Shown here one piece after another: positions 9,126-18,472 of a DNA stretch of 64,000 nt. Source of the stretch: an uncultured delta proteobacterium. GTDB lineage: Bacteria > Desulfobacterota > Syntrophorhabdia > Syntrophorhabdales > WCHB1-27. The notes beneath the pieces are model-generated. The model saw only the letters and a program-made list of their open reading frames with translations, did not search any database and had not been told where the DNA came from. Location: the NCBI GenBank assembly GCA_963810935.1, contig CAWEPK010000007.1, positions 320,001 to 384,000 of the forward strand. Reading direction: 5' to 3'. The translations under genes and the position numbers were made by a program. The number at the start of each line of letters is the position of its first letter. Positions within the stretch are counted from its first letter, which is position 1.

Positions 9126-10023
9126 ATGCGGTCAGAAACGGAAATTGAAATTATGGACAATGACATTGGAGATAGCTATAAGTTTGCACGGCTTGCCGTC
9201 GACAAGGCCAAACTTTGCTCGGTAAACGCGACCTCGCAAAATCCCCCTCCGCGTGTTGGAATAGTTCTAGAAAAAAACGGTGTCATGCTCGGTTGGGCTG
9301 CTAAAGGACATAATGGCGTGTATGTAATAGATGGTGTGGAGCATTCCTTTAAGATTCTGAAACACGAGCATGCCGAACAAGCCCTGCTATCGAAGCTACA
9401 TTTCTCTGATCTCACTGGCGCAACGGCGTACATAACTTTGGAGCCTTGCACAAAACGTAAAAAAGGAGAGTCGTGTGCGGAGCTCTTGGTTGCTAGTGGA
9501 ATTGCAGTCGTTTATGTTGGAAATTGTGATCCGAACCCAGACATTGGTGCTCTGGCATGGGGCCTCTTTCATAAGCATGGCATTACCGTCAAAGATTTCC
9601 CTGGTGATCTTCGAAATGAAGCGCGTCGTGACAATGCGGCATTTTTCGCCAAATTTTACTTGTCGCGCAAGGAAACTGGAAGCGCATCTTTTGACTACGA
9701 ATCCAACGGTGGACTGCGCATACTCGGGCGTACTGGGAGTCGAATTTCAAACGAGATGGACAAACCGTGGGGCGGGTTCAATTTATGCCCTAGATTACGA
9801 CCACAATGTGTGCGTTGCCAAGAACTGTTGTGAATTTGATCAGGTGGACGACCCAGGCCGTTGGCTGGAAGATTTACACTACACAAAGCCGGCCAATGAA
9901 GGTGAGATTGTTATCTTCCGGAATGAGCATGGATTTGCGCTCGTCAAGGTTCTGCGGGTCACACCCCGTACGACGATATCAAACGCAGAACTTCATTTCG
10001 CCTACGAACTGCGTTACAGATAA
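9126..10023 (+). CDS. RibD-like Zn-dependent deaminase fused to an unknown C-terminal domain (frameshift ~9745)
   Basis: HAE...TLEPC-x8-C and DPNP motifs. Removing one G in the GGG run joins FDYESNGG..LG to VEFQTRW...FAYELRYR. No reductase domain; start uncertain. Confidence 0.75.
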
Positions 10024-10074
10024 GCAATCGCTTTGGGCCGTGTGTCGACTATGAAGAGAGACGACGATTGGATT

Positions 10075-10149
10075 CTCTAACAATCGCATCAACTCGGACT
10101 GGCAATTCCGCTGCGCTTCATTGCCAGCCGGTGATGCGGAGCGTTAGAA
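10075..10149 (+). repeat. attC recombination site
   Basis: CTCTAAC..GCATCAAC..CTGGCAAT/ATTGCCAG..GTGATGC..GTTAGAA, the R''-L''-L'-R' hairpin architecture. Confidence 0.88.
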
Positions 10150-10190
10150 CAAGAGCGAAGAATTACCACATGATAGGTCATAGATAGCTT

Positions 10191-11401
10191 ATGTCAGCAT
10201 ACGACAAGGAATTCCAGGAGATCGGACACTGCGGAGGGCAATTCATAGTAACGGTTAAAACTGACGATGCCGGCCAACGATCTATCCAATTCGGATGGAC
10301 ACACAGCCGTCCGACTCCTGCGGCAATTTTCGCTATTTACGCGCTTACCCAAGGCATTCCAGTTGGGACACTAGAAATCGGTGGAATTGGCCAGCCTATG
10401 GCACCGCCACCCACGTCAGGTTGCTGGCCGGTTATTATAGCGTCAGACAGCCTTGGCATGTTTGGGCACTACTGCCAAGAATGTTCTGGTTATTGGCGGT
10501 CTCAGGGAACTCCTTCTCGATGGAAAATGACATGTCCGTATTGTGGTCAACGAGCGGAAAGTCACGCGTTCTTAACCGAGGGTCAAACTCGATATGTTCG
10601 AGCTTGCTGCGACATAATAGCTGAAGCTTTACACGCAAACAAGGCTGGTGACTTTGTCGTAGACATGGACCGAGTTGCGGATATGGTAGGAAAAGATTGC
10701 GAAAAACCTAAATTTTATTACGCCGAAGAAAGCCAGCAGAACAAGTACAAGTGCCCGTCGTGTGGTGACTGGAATGACATTCTTGGGCGATACGGTTACT
10801 GCTCTTGTTGCGGTACGCATAATGGGGTTTACCAACTCGAACTGGAAATCGAGAGCTTACGCGAGAGAATTACCGCGACACACCTTTATGAAACGTGTGC
10901 TAAGGATATAGTAACTGCGTTTGACAGCTTTGCTAGACAGATCTCCAAGCAGCTTGCCAAACGCGTCCCCATGACTTCATCTAGGCGGTCCGTCTGGGAA
11001 AGGCGGCTTTTTCATAACCTCAAACCGTGCGCCGACGATCTCGCCGCCGTCTTTGATATCCACATATTCAAGGGTGTTAAGCCTGCGGATATCGACTTCG
11101 CAATTCTAATGTTTCACAGGCGTCACGTTTACGAGCATAACGGCGGGGAGGTGGATGAGAAGTACATCCGGGACAGTGGCGACACCTCCGTGCGCCTTAA
11201 ACAGGTAATTAGGGAAAACCAGGCGTCAGCGTTGAGGATCGCAGAGATCGACGCACAATGGGCAGAAACATCCATAAGGGGTTTCATGAGATATTTCCTC
11301 CGGAGGATGTGCCAATTAGCTTGCACTCCCTACACGTCAAACGGACCAGGAAGCCACCATCGGGACAGACAAAGGGGCCAGCATCCAGCGATGTGCTGTG
11401 A
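10191..11401 (+). CDS. Zn-ribbon plus HEPN-like protein (probable frameshift ~11250)
   Basis: Four CxxC pairs and RHVYEHNGGEVD (Rx4H). The alternate-frame C-terminus ..GFHEIFPP.. stops at 11401, just before the attC. Confidence 0.7.
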
Positions 11402-11416
11402 GAAGACACAAATGGG

Positions 11417-11479
11417 CTCTGACCAAGGCGTTTCACCCGCTCGCCAAGAAATAGGCGCCGGGTGACGCCCATGTTAGAC
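11417..11479 (+). repeat. attC recombination site
   Basis: CTCTGAC-CAAGGCGTTTCACCCG...CGGGTGACGCC-CAT-GTTAGAC. Confidence 0.75.
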
Positions 11480-11501
11480 CTAACAAAGACAAGAACACTG
11501 T

Positions 11502-12615
11502 ATGACGGAATCTATCGGAATAATTGAAGAAGAGCGACTTATCTTAATCCCTCGCAATTATTGGGGCAAGCACGAATTCTGTTTCCATCTTCACGATCAG
11601 CTCTGTGCATATGCTCAAACAATACGAGGCAAGCGGCATACACAATGTTGTTACGAGTGCATTTCTGGAAAGCATTCGGGGAAGAGAACAGGAGTTTGAA
11701 GGTGTAAATATTCTTGAGTGGATGAAGGAAAGAAATCTTATCGAACCATATCGACATCATGTTCTTAGTCATGTGGTCCTCGCATTGACTGCGGATTTGC
11801 TCAACTTTCTATACGAGGCACTGCGGGCATTTGAGAAACGCAAGTTCTCTGTCGGTTTTTCGTTACTTCGGAAACCACTTAAAGAACATATCCTCTACCT
11901 CGCATGGGTCCTTGCCGATGACGCAGATTTCATCTCCAGGTTCGAATCCAAGAACTACAAGACGCTAAGTGGGGTAACAAAAGATCGACAAATAGAACTG
12001 ATCTCAAACGCAATAAGTCACCTCGCCTCAAGCGAAATGTTCGATCCTCAGGTCGTTTGGGCGATGATTTACTCGAAGAAGCACCCTTACGGTTTTGAAC
12101 CGACATGGCAGAGAGCGACGCATCTAGTCACTTCTATGGGCGATTTACTGAAGACGGAAGACTATTCGTTGAACTTCGTGTTTGAAGACCCGCGCGACGA
12201 CGGCTATTATGAATTCCTGTATTCGAAACTGCCCTATTTGCTCATCTATGTCATGCAGCTTTCGCTTGAAGTATTCAGCAGGATTTCTGCCGTAAATGAA
12301 AAGACATATGCTCATTTGGTCATCACAACTATGGGATGCTATGAGGCTCTTTTTCGGGATGGGAGGTCCCAGCATATTGCGCGAATGCTGAATTCGCAAA
12401 TGGGCGAACTTCTGAAATGCCTCCACTGTGATGCTAAGCTGAAGGTTACGAAGAAGAACGCGCCTGCATTATATCTGACAGAACAAATTCTTTGTAAGAA
12501 TTGTGGTTTGGTATCGGAGGTACCACTGTACTGGTTATTTTCTCAAGCAAAAATCAATATCAAACGGGTTAAGAACGAACCTGATCGGATAGGAAAGGCG
12601 GCCACTTCCCCGTGA
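11502..12615 (+). CDS. Cassette hypothetical protein with C-terminal Zn ribbon (frameshift ~11605)
   Basis: ORFs starting at 11502 and 11605 join. LLRKPLKE and RATHLVT motifs; CLHC...CKNC at the C-terminus. Confidence 0.7.
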
Positions 12616-12825
12616 CCCATGTTGCCACCTTTCGCACGGCATTCCGTGATTCCCGAACCTTGCCCTCATGCAACCCTCGCAGGCGCACTATTTGCAACCC
12701 TCCGCCAATTCGTTTCACCGCTTTCTGATATAGCCACCCGTAGAATGAAATCTTTCTCACGGACTGCCCTTGACCAGGTGATGCCCAACATATAACCGCT
12801 CGCAGGCCGGAGAGGCGGCCACCCG

Positions 12826-13134
12826 CTATTTCGGGCCGGAGCCGTGCTCGCTCAGGTACTGCTTATATTCTCCGAGCAGCACGTGGGCGTACTCCGTGCG
12901 GGCGCGGCCCGACGATGGTATGAAGTTCTTGTTCGCTTCAAGCCTTTTGAGGATCTCCTCGCCCGTCTCGCGGTCCGCCTGCCTGCCTTCGGCGTGGAGG
13001 CCGGCCAGTATCTCGGTGAGGCCGTTGACGCGGACTTGCGAGCCATCGGGAAACTTCAGCATGCGCCAGCTAACTGCGGGCGCGTCGGACTCGTCCCCTC
13101 AGGTCATTCAGCCTATTTTTTCAAAAAGCGCCAT
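12826..13134 (-). CDS. Putative small selenoprotein with UxxU motif (MALFEKIG-U-MT-U-GDESD...)
   Basis: ATG 13134 follows an AAGGAG RBS and is in frame with the 12826-13062 ORF. In-frame TGA at 13110-13108 and 13101-13099; SECIS-like hairpin 13063-13083. Confidence 0.7.
13063..13083 (-). promoter_or_regulatory. SECIS-like hairpin for the UxxU gene
   Basis: GCGCC-C-GC-AGUUA-GC-U-GGCGC. The loop lies 23 and 32 nt after the two UGAs and has G at loop position 2. Confidence 0.5.
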
Positions 13135-13151
13135 GACTCTTCTTACTCCTT

Positions 13152-13514
13152 TTAGTTTTGACCGGCCGCGCAGCAAGCGGCGTCCGCGTCAGCCTTTGCC
13201 GCCATGAACGCGTCCAGCCTTTCGCGGTCGGACGCGACCTCCGCGTCACGGACCCTCTCTGCAATCGACAGGAAAAGGAGCCGCTTGAACAGGTCCGATT
13301 CGTTGAGGCGGTAGTGCATCCACTTGCCCTCGCGCCTGTCCTTGACCAGCCCGGCCTCTTTGAGTGCTTTTAGGTGGAAGGAAATCTTCGGCTGTGGCAT
13401 ATCGACTGCTGCCACGAGGTGGCAGACGCACAGCTCGCCGTTTTCCAGGAGCTTGACTATCCTGAGCCTCGTTTCATCCGACAATGCCTTGAACAAGGAC
13501 AGAAGCTCGTCCAT
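13152..13514 (-). CDS. arsR: ArsR/SmtB metalloregulator
   Basis: FKALSDETRLRI, ELCVCHL, QPKISFHL and REGKWMHY motifs; C-terminal CC. Confidence 0.92.
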   Translation of the reverse strand: MDELLSLFKALSDETRLRIVKLLENGELCVCHLVAAVDMPQPKISFHLKALKEAGLVKDRREGKWMHYRLNESDLFKRLLFLSIAERVRDAEVASDRERLDAFMAAKADADAACCAAGQN

Positions 13515-13547
13515 CGTATCCTCCGGTTACATCAACTATAATGAATA

Positions 13548-13649
13548 TTAATAACGCACATTATGCATGGTGTCAACCAAAGAATTTTGATGCTACATTG
13601 AAACTGATTGATATGTTGTCTTGACAGGGACATCGTAAAGGCTTATTAT
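13548..13649. promoter_or_regulatory. Back-to-back sigma70 promoters for arsR (-) and hgcA (+)
   Basis: Plus strand: TTGACA (13621)-17nt-TATTAT (13644-13649). Minus strand: TTGACA (13576-13571)-17nt-TATTAA. Confidence 0.65.
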
Positions 13650-13655
13650 GAAAAT

Positions 13656-14777
13656 ATGAAAACTCATTGTGAGATAGAAACGCCCGCCGCGCAATCCTGC
13701 TGAGGGCCGAAGATGCGGACCCAGGCGGGTCCACCGCGAATGGAGCAGGTTTTTGTGACCGGCTCGATAGATACCGCTGCCGGCCCGGTGGCGCTGGTTT
13801 CGCACGTGTTCTCCCGGTCGGACCGCCTCGGGGCGTGGAAGTCCCGGTGGGGTATAGGCCGCATGGCCTATACCGTTGATCCCGGCCTGTACGCCGTAGG
13901 CGAGGCCCGTCCGGAATCGCCCGTTTTCGTCACGGCCAACTACAAGATGACCTTCGACCTCCTGCGGCGGGCCCTTGCAGGCATAGACGGCTGGATACTC
14001 GTGCTCGACACGAAAGGCATCAACGTCTGGTGCGCGGCGGGGAAGGGCACGTTCGGCACCGACGAGCTTGTGGGGCGCATCGAAGCGAGCGGTCTTGCCG
14101 GTGTGGTGACCCACAGGCAGGTTATAGTGCCGCAGCTAGGCGCGCCGGGCGTGTCGGCCTACGAGGTTAGGCGGCGCTCCGGGTTCAAGGTGGTCTACGG
14201 ACCCGTCCGGGCGGACGACCTGCCCGCTTTTCTGCATGGCGGCCTCAAAGCGACGGGCCGGATGCGGACGAAGGATTTCCCGCTCGCCGAAAGGCTCGCC
14301 CTGGTCCCTATGGAAGTCGTGCCTGCCGTAAAGTGGGGCATCGTCGCGGCTGCGGCGCTGTCTGTTCTATCATTTTTCATTTCCGGCTTCTCGCCGTCGA
14401 AGGCGGCGGGCTGGACACTGCTCGCCGGCGTTTGGCTCGGCTCGGCGGTCTTCGCGGGCGCCGTGCTCACGCCCGTGCTGCTGCCGTGGCTTCCAGGCAG
14501 GGCCTTTTCGACAAAGGGGCTCGGCCCTGGTCTTCTTTTCGGCCTTTGCGCTGCGCTGGTCGGCGGCGCGCTCCACAGCGGCGCGGCTGCGGTCCTCGCG
14601 GGTGTCGTCTTCATCCCGGCAATGGCTGCGTTTCTGGCGATGAACTTCACCGGCTCGTCAACGTTTACGTCGCTCTCCGGCGTCCGAAAGGAGATGCGCG
14701 TTGCCCTGCCGCTCGAGATTGCCGGCATGGCGTGCGGCCTTATTCTGTGGATTGCCGCCGTTGTAACGGGAGGATAA
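13656..14777 (+). CDS. hgcA: Mercury methylation corrinoid protein HgcA with N-terminal Cys-Sec extension
   Basis: TANYKMTFD, NVWCAAGK cap helix, C-terminal TM helices and NFTGSSTFTSLSGV. The in-frame extension MKTHCEIETPAAQS-C-TGA-GPKM starts at ATG 13656. Confidence 0.95.
13717..13732 (+). promoter_or_regulatory. SECIS-like hairpin of hgcA
   Basis: GGACCC-AGGC-GGGUCC; the loop lies 19 nt after the UGA at 13701-13703. Confidence 0.6.
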
Positions 14778-14784
14778 ATATCTT

Positions 14785-15074
14785 ATGCGCCCTTTGCTTT
14801 ACCTTGACGATGTAACCACCCTTACGTTCGACGAGACGAAGTGCACGGGCTGCGGTATGTGCCTCGTTGTCTGCCCGCGCGAGGTATTCCGGGCCTCCGA
14901 CGGCAAGGTCCAACTCGCCTCGCGCAACGCGTGCATGGAGTGCGGCGCGTGCAGGCGCAACTGCCCGAGCGGCGCCCTCGACGTAAGGGCGGGGGTCGGC
15001 TGCGCGGCGGGCATGATCAACCGGATGCTCGGCAGAAAGACGGCCTGCTGCGGAGTCGATGACGATAGCCGGAC

Positions 15075-15087
<13 letters not shown>
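14785..15087 (+). CDS. hgcB: Mercury methylation 2[4Fe-4S] ferredoxin HgcB
   Basis: Two CxxCxxCxxxC motifs including CMECGAC; GVGCA; C-terminal CC; directly after hgcA. Confidence 0.95.
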
Positions 15088-15512
<425 letters not shown>

Positions 15513-15712
15513 ATAAGCGCACCCGGCGCAGCTTCCGCGCTTGTTCCCGCCCTGTAGTACATGATTGCCGATAAGCACCACGGTATTGATGCAAGATAAA
15601 ATATTTTTGTAGACAGGACGTCCCGAGGCGTGAGAGAAATATATTGTCGATACTGCGCTGAAAGACCGTTGCAGTCCATGCGACGGGAAGTTACACATAC
15701 AGGAGGAGCGGT

Positions 15713-15994
15713 ATGAAAGTACTGGTAGGTTTTCTCGTATTGGGACTGGTGCTCTTTGTAGGCATCGGCACGGCCGGCGCGCAGAGCAGCAATCCCCAGC
15801 ATTCGATCGATTTAAGCCAGGCAAAAACTACGACGAACAACGTAGTCAACGCCGGGGCGGTACAGCCTTCGACCGGCACGGTCCAGGGCTCGACGAGCAC
15901 GGTCCACATGACTACACCGCCTCCGGGCTCGATACCCGGCAGCGGCGGAAAGCCGAGGAACTCAGCACCGCCTCCCCCGCCGCCAAAGAAGTAG
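15713..15994 (+). CDS. Small secreted Pro/Thr-rich hypothetical protein
   Basis: AGGAGG RBS, signal peptide, followed by a terminator. Confidence 0.7.
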   Translation: MKVLVGFLVLGLVLFVGIGTAGAQSSNPQHSIDLSQAKTTTNNVVNAGAVQPSTGTVQGSTSTVHMTTPPPGSIPGSGGKPRNSAPPPPPPKK

Positions 15995-16007
15995 CAAGCC
16001 TTACATG

Positions 16008-16050
16008 AATGGGCGCCCGGCCCGCAAAATAAGGGCCGGACGCCCATTTT
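16008..16050 (+). terminator. Rho-independent terminator
   Basis: GGGCGCCCGGCCC..GGGCCGGACGCCC-ATTTT. Confidence 0.7.
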
Positions 16051-16153
16051 ACGAGCGAACTCTTACCACTCAATTTATCGGCAACAACATCGGCAGATTC
16101 TTCTCAATATTAAGTCGATTATTGACTCAGTTATGCTTATATGTTAAAGAATA

Positions 16154-17422
16154 GTGACCATGCCTATTCGGCATAAAGATCGGCAGATGTATGATCAAAT
16201 ACACCAGATGGAACCGCTGCTTCCTGCCCAAGCTATGGTTTTGGAAGATAAAGCGAGGCAGATCGTTGACCGTTCCGCGACACTTGTCTGTTCTCTGCAT
16301 CCGATCAGCCTACAGCCTGTCATTGAGCTTTTGCGGCTTATAAACAGTTATTACTCGAACCTCATCGAGGGCCACAGCACCCATCCTACAGCTATAGAAG
16401 AGGCAATGCGGGAGGACTATGACCGTGACCCGGTTAAGCGGGATTTACAACAGGAAAGCTTGGCTCACATTGAGTGTCAGCGTAAGATGGAGGAGCGGCT
16501 TAAGATAGAACCGGACTTGAACGTGGCGGCTACACCTTTTCTTTGCTGGCTGCATAAAATTTTCTATGACCGACTCCCCGAAAGGCTGCGACTCGTGAGG
16601 GATGATAGGACAGGGGAAGTGCTCGAAGTAATTGGCGGCGAGCTACGAGAAAGGGAGGTTAGGGTTGCGCGCCATGTAGGGCCGGAGGCTGATGCCGTAC
16701 CGGCATTCTTAGAACGGTTCGCTGACTTCTACGGAAGCGATAGACATCACGGCATCATACCATTGATTGCCGCAGCAGCATCTCATCACCGCCTCGTGTG
16801 GATTCACCCATTCCTGGATGGAAACGGCAGGGTAGCGCGTCTCTATACAGACGCCTGTTTTAGAAGGTTTGCCCTTACCGGATACGGTCTATGGAATGTA
16901 AGCCGGGGCCTCGCCCGCCGGAGAGAAGACTACATGACGGCTCTTACGTGGGCGGATGCAGCAGGCCGCAATGATTACGATGGCCGGGGAAATCTTTCCC
17001 ATGAAGGTTTGGTCAGGTTTTGCGACTTCTTCTTTAACGTCTGTATTGACCAGATTGATTACATGAGGGGTTTGCTGGGACTCAATGCGTTGCTGGACCG
17101 GATAAACGGATACGTTCAGCTACGCGCGGCACAGGTTGCGCCTCCACCCAAACGGGGCCAACCACGGCTGAAGCCGGAGGCCGCTTACATGCTGCAGGAA
17201 GCCTTGCTGAGGGGCGAGGTAGCAAGAGGAGACATAATCCGGGTCTCCGGCATGGCGGAACGAACCGGGCGAATACTGCTCGGGCAGTTGTTGAGTGAGG
17301 GATTGCTTGTTTCCGATACGCCTAAGGGGCCAGTGAGATTGGCGTTTCCCATCTTTGTTGCGGGGTACCTCTTTCCAGATCTTTACCCGGCTCAGATTAT
17401 GCCCTCACCTCCTATGTTATAA
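16154..17422 (+). CDS. Fic-domain protein with internal inhibitory helix and C-terminal HTH
   Basis: HPFLDGNGRVAR catalytic motif; SNLIEG inhibitory motif. Confidence 0.9.
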   Translation: MTMPIRHKDRQMYDQIHQMEPLLPAQAMVLEDKARQIVDRSATLVCSLHPISLQPVIELLRLINSYYSNLIEGHSTHPTAIEEAMREDYDRDPVKRDLQQESLAHIECQRKMEERLKIEPDLNVAATPFLCWLHKIFYDRLPERLRLVRDDRTGEVLEVIGGELREREVRVARHVGPEADAVPAFLERFADFYGSDRHHGIIPLIAAAASHHRLVWIHPFLDGNGRVARLYTDACFRRFALTGYGLWNVSRGLARRREDYMTALTWADAAGRNDYDGRGNLSHEGLVRFCDFFFNVCIDQIDYMRGLLGLNALLDRINGYVQLRAAQVAPPPKRGQPRLKPEAAYMLQEALLRGEVARGDIIRVSGMAERTGRILLGQLLSEGLLVSDTPKGPVRLAFPIFVAGYLFPDLYPAQIMPSPPML

Positions 17423-17451
17423 AGTGCTTCTTTAAAAACCTCTGCCGTCCC

Positions 17452-18252
17452 TTACTCCACTTTTGCCGGCCGGCCGGGGGTCGTCGCCGGCTCGCCGTTT
17501 TTCCATTCCCCTGCATACTTTACCTCGCCAAGTACCCGTGCAATCCCGTAGCCGTGAGGCTTGCCGTTTTTGAAATCACCTTCGTAAACGGCCCCATTGG
17601 GGAGTTTGAGAATCCCTTTGCCGTTGGGGTCGCCGTTCTTGAAGTCGCCTTCATAAACGGCCCCGTCGGCTTTCTTCACAACACCTTTGCCGTGAGGCTT
17701 GCCCTCTTTGAAATCGCCTTGATACGTTGTCCCGTCGAGCCTTTTGGCCGTTCCTTTGCCATTGAGGTTGCCGTCCCTGAAGTCGCCCTCATACACGGTC
17801 CCGTCGGCGTTCTTAAGAACGCCTTTGCCGTTAGGTTGGTTATTCTTATAGTCGCCCGTGTGAACACGACCGTCGGGCCACTTGTAAACTCCTTTCCCTT
17901 CTCTTTTGCCGTCCAGGAAGTCGCCTTCGTAAGCCTCACCCTCGGGCGACCGGCAAACGCCTTTGCCGTTGAGCCTCCCTTCCTTCATGATACCGTCACA
18001 TTGAGCAGTTGCGGCAGGGTCTTCCTCACAATGGTAGCTTGCCGTCAGTACGCCTTTGCCGTCAGCTTTGCCGTCCACCACCGGCCCTGACCAGCTTGCC
18101 TCTTTTAACGTGCAAGCGTCCTTGTAGAGCCATACGCAGAGCTGGCCCCCCGTTGCCCGGTCCTTTGTGCATACCTCGGCTGCCATCGAGATGGAGCCTG
18201 AAATCATGATGAACATCATTGCGACGATCACTGAAGTGCATCTTGTTGTCAT
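17452..18252 (-). CDS. Secreted MORN-repeat protein
   Basis: Signal peptide and about seven 23-aa YEGDFK.G...GKG repeats. Confidence 0.88.
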   Translation of the reverse strand: MTTRCTSVIVAMMFIMISGSISMAAEVCTKDRATGGQLCVWLYKDACTLKEASWSGPVVDGKADGKGVLTASYHCEEDPAATAQCDGIMKEGRLNGKGVCRSPEGEAYEGDFLDGKREGKGVYKWPDGRVHTGDYKNNQPNGKGVLKNADGTVYEGDFRDGNLNGKGTAKRLDGTTYQGDFKEGKPHGKGVVKKADGAVYEGDFKNGDPNGKGILKLPNGAVYEGDFKNGKPHGYGIARVLGEVKYAGEWKNGEPATTPGRPAKVE

Positions 18253-18278
18253 TAACGTTGCCTCCCGTTATCCAATTT

Positions 18279-18455
18279 GTGGATTCCCTGCAGCTTGCTG
18301 CAGGGAGACCTTTTTCCGCTTCGCTCCGTGACAATTATTGGGGTTCAGCACCCCCTCGCCGGGCAAAGCCCGTCGGGGCACCCGCTTTGCGGGTCGTCCC
18401 CGCTCGGCGCGGCGCTACGCTTGCTTTAATACCCTGCTGCTTGCAGCAGGGTATT
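18279..18455. repeat. Cluster of REP-like palindromes (family B plus CCCTGCxGCTTGCxGCAGGG hairpins)
   Basis: The ends of 18335-18427 (TTGGGGTTCAGCACCCCCTC / CTCGGCGCGGCGCTxCGCTTGCTTT) recur inverted at 37052-37131. Confidence 0.65.
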
Positions 18456-18472
18456 TATTAAGCGTGAAATCA

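Larger units (their letters stand above)
8472..12615 (+). mobile_element. Integron gene-cassette array lacking an adjacent integrase (CALIN-like)
   Basis: Four co-oriented AT-richer ORFs, two intact attC sites and one truncated attC. GTTAGCG core site after an A-run at 8472. Confidence 0.75.

Noticed and set aside
16123..16150. dif-like site (..ATATGTTAAAG) before the Fic gene
   Set aside because: Only a partial XerD-arm match, with no convincing XerC arm.
17500..17970. 69-bp tandem DNA periodicity
   Set aside because: Explained by MORN protein repeats.
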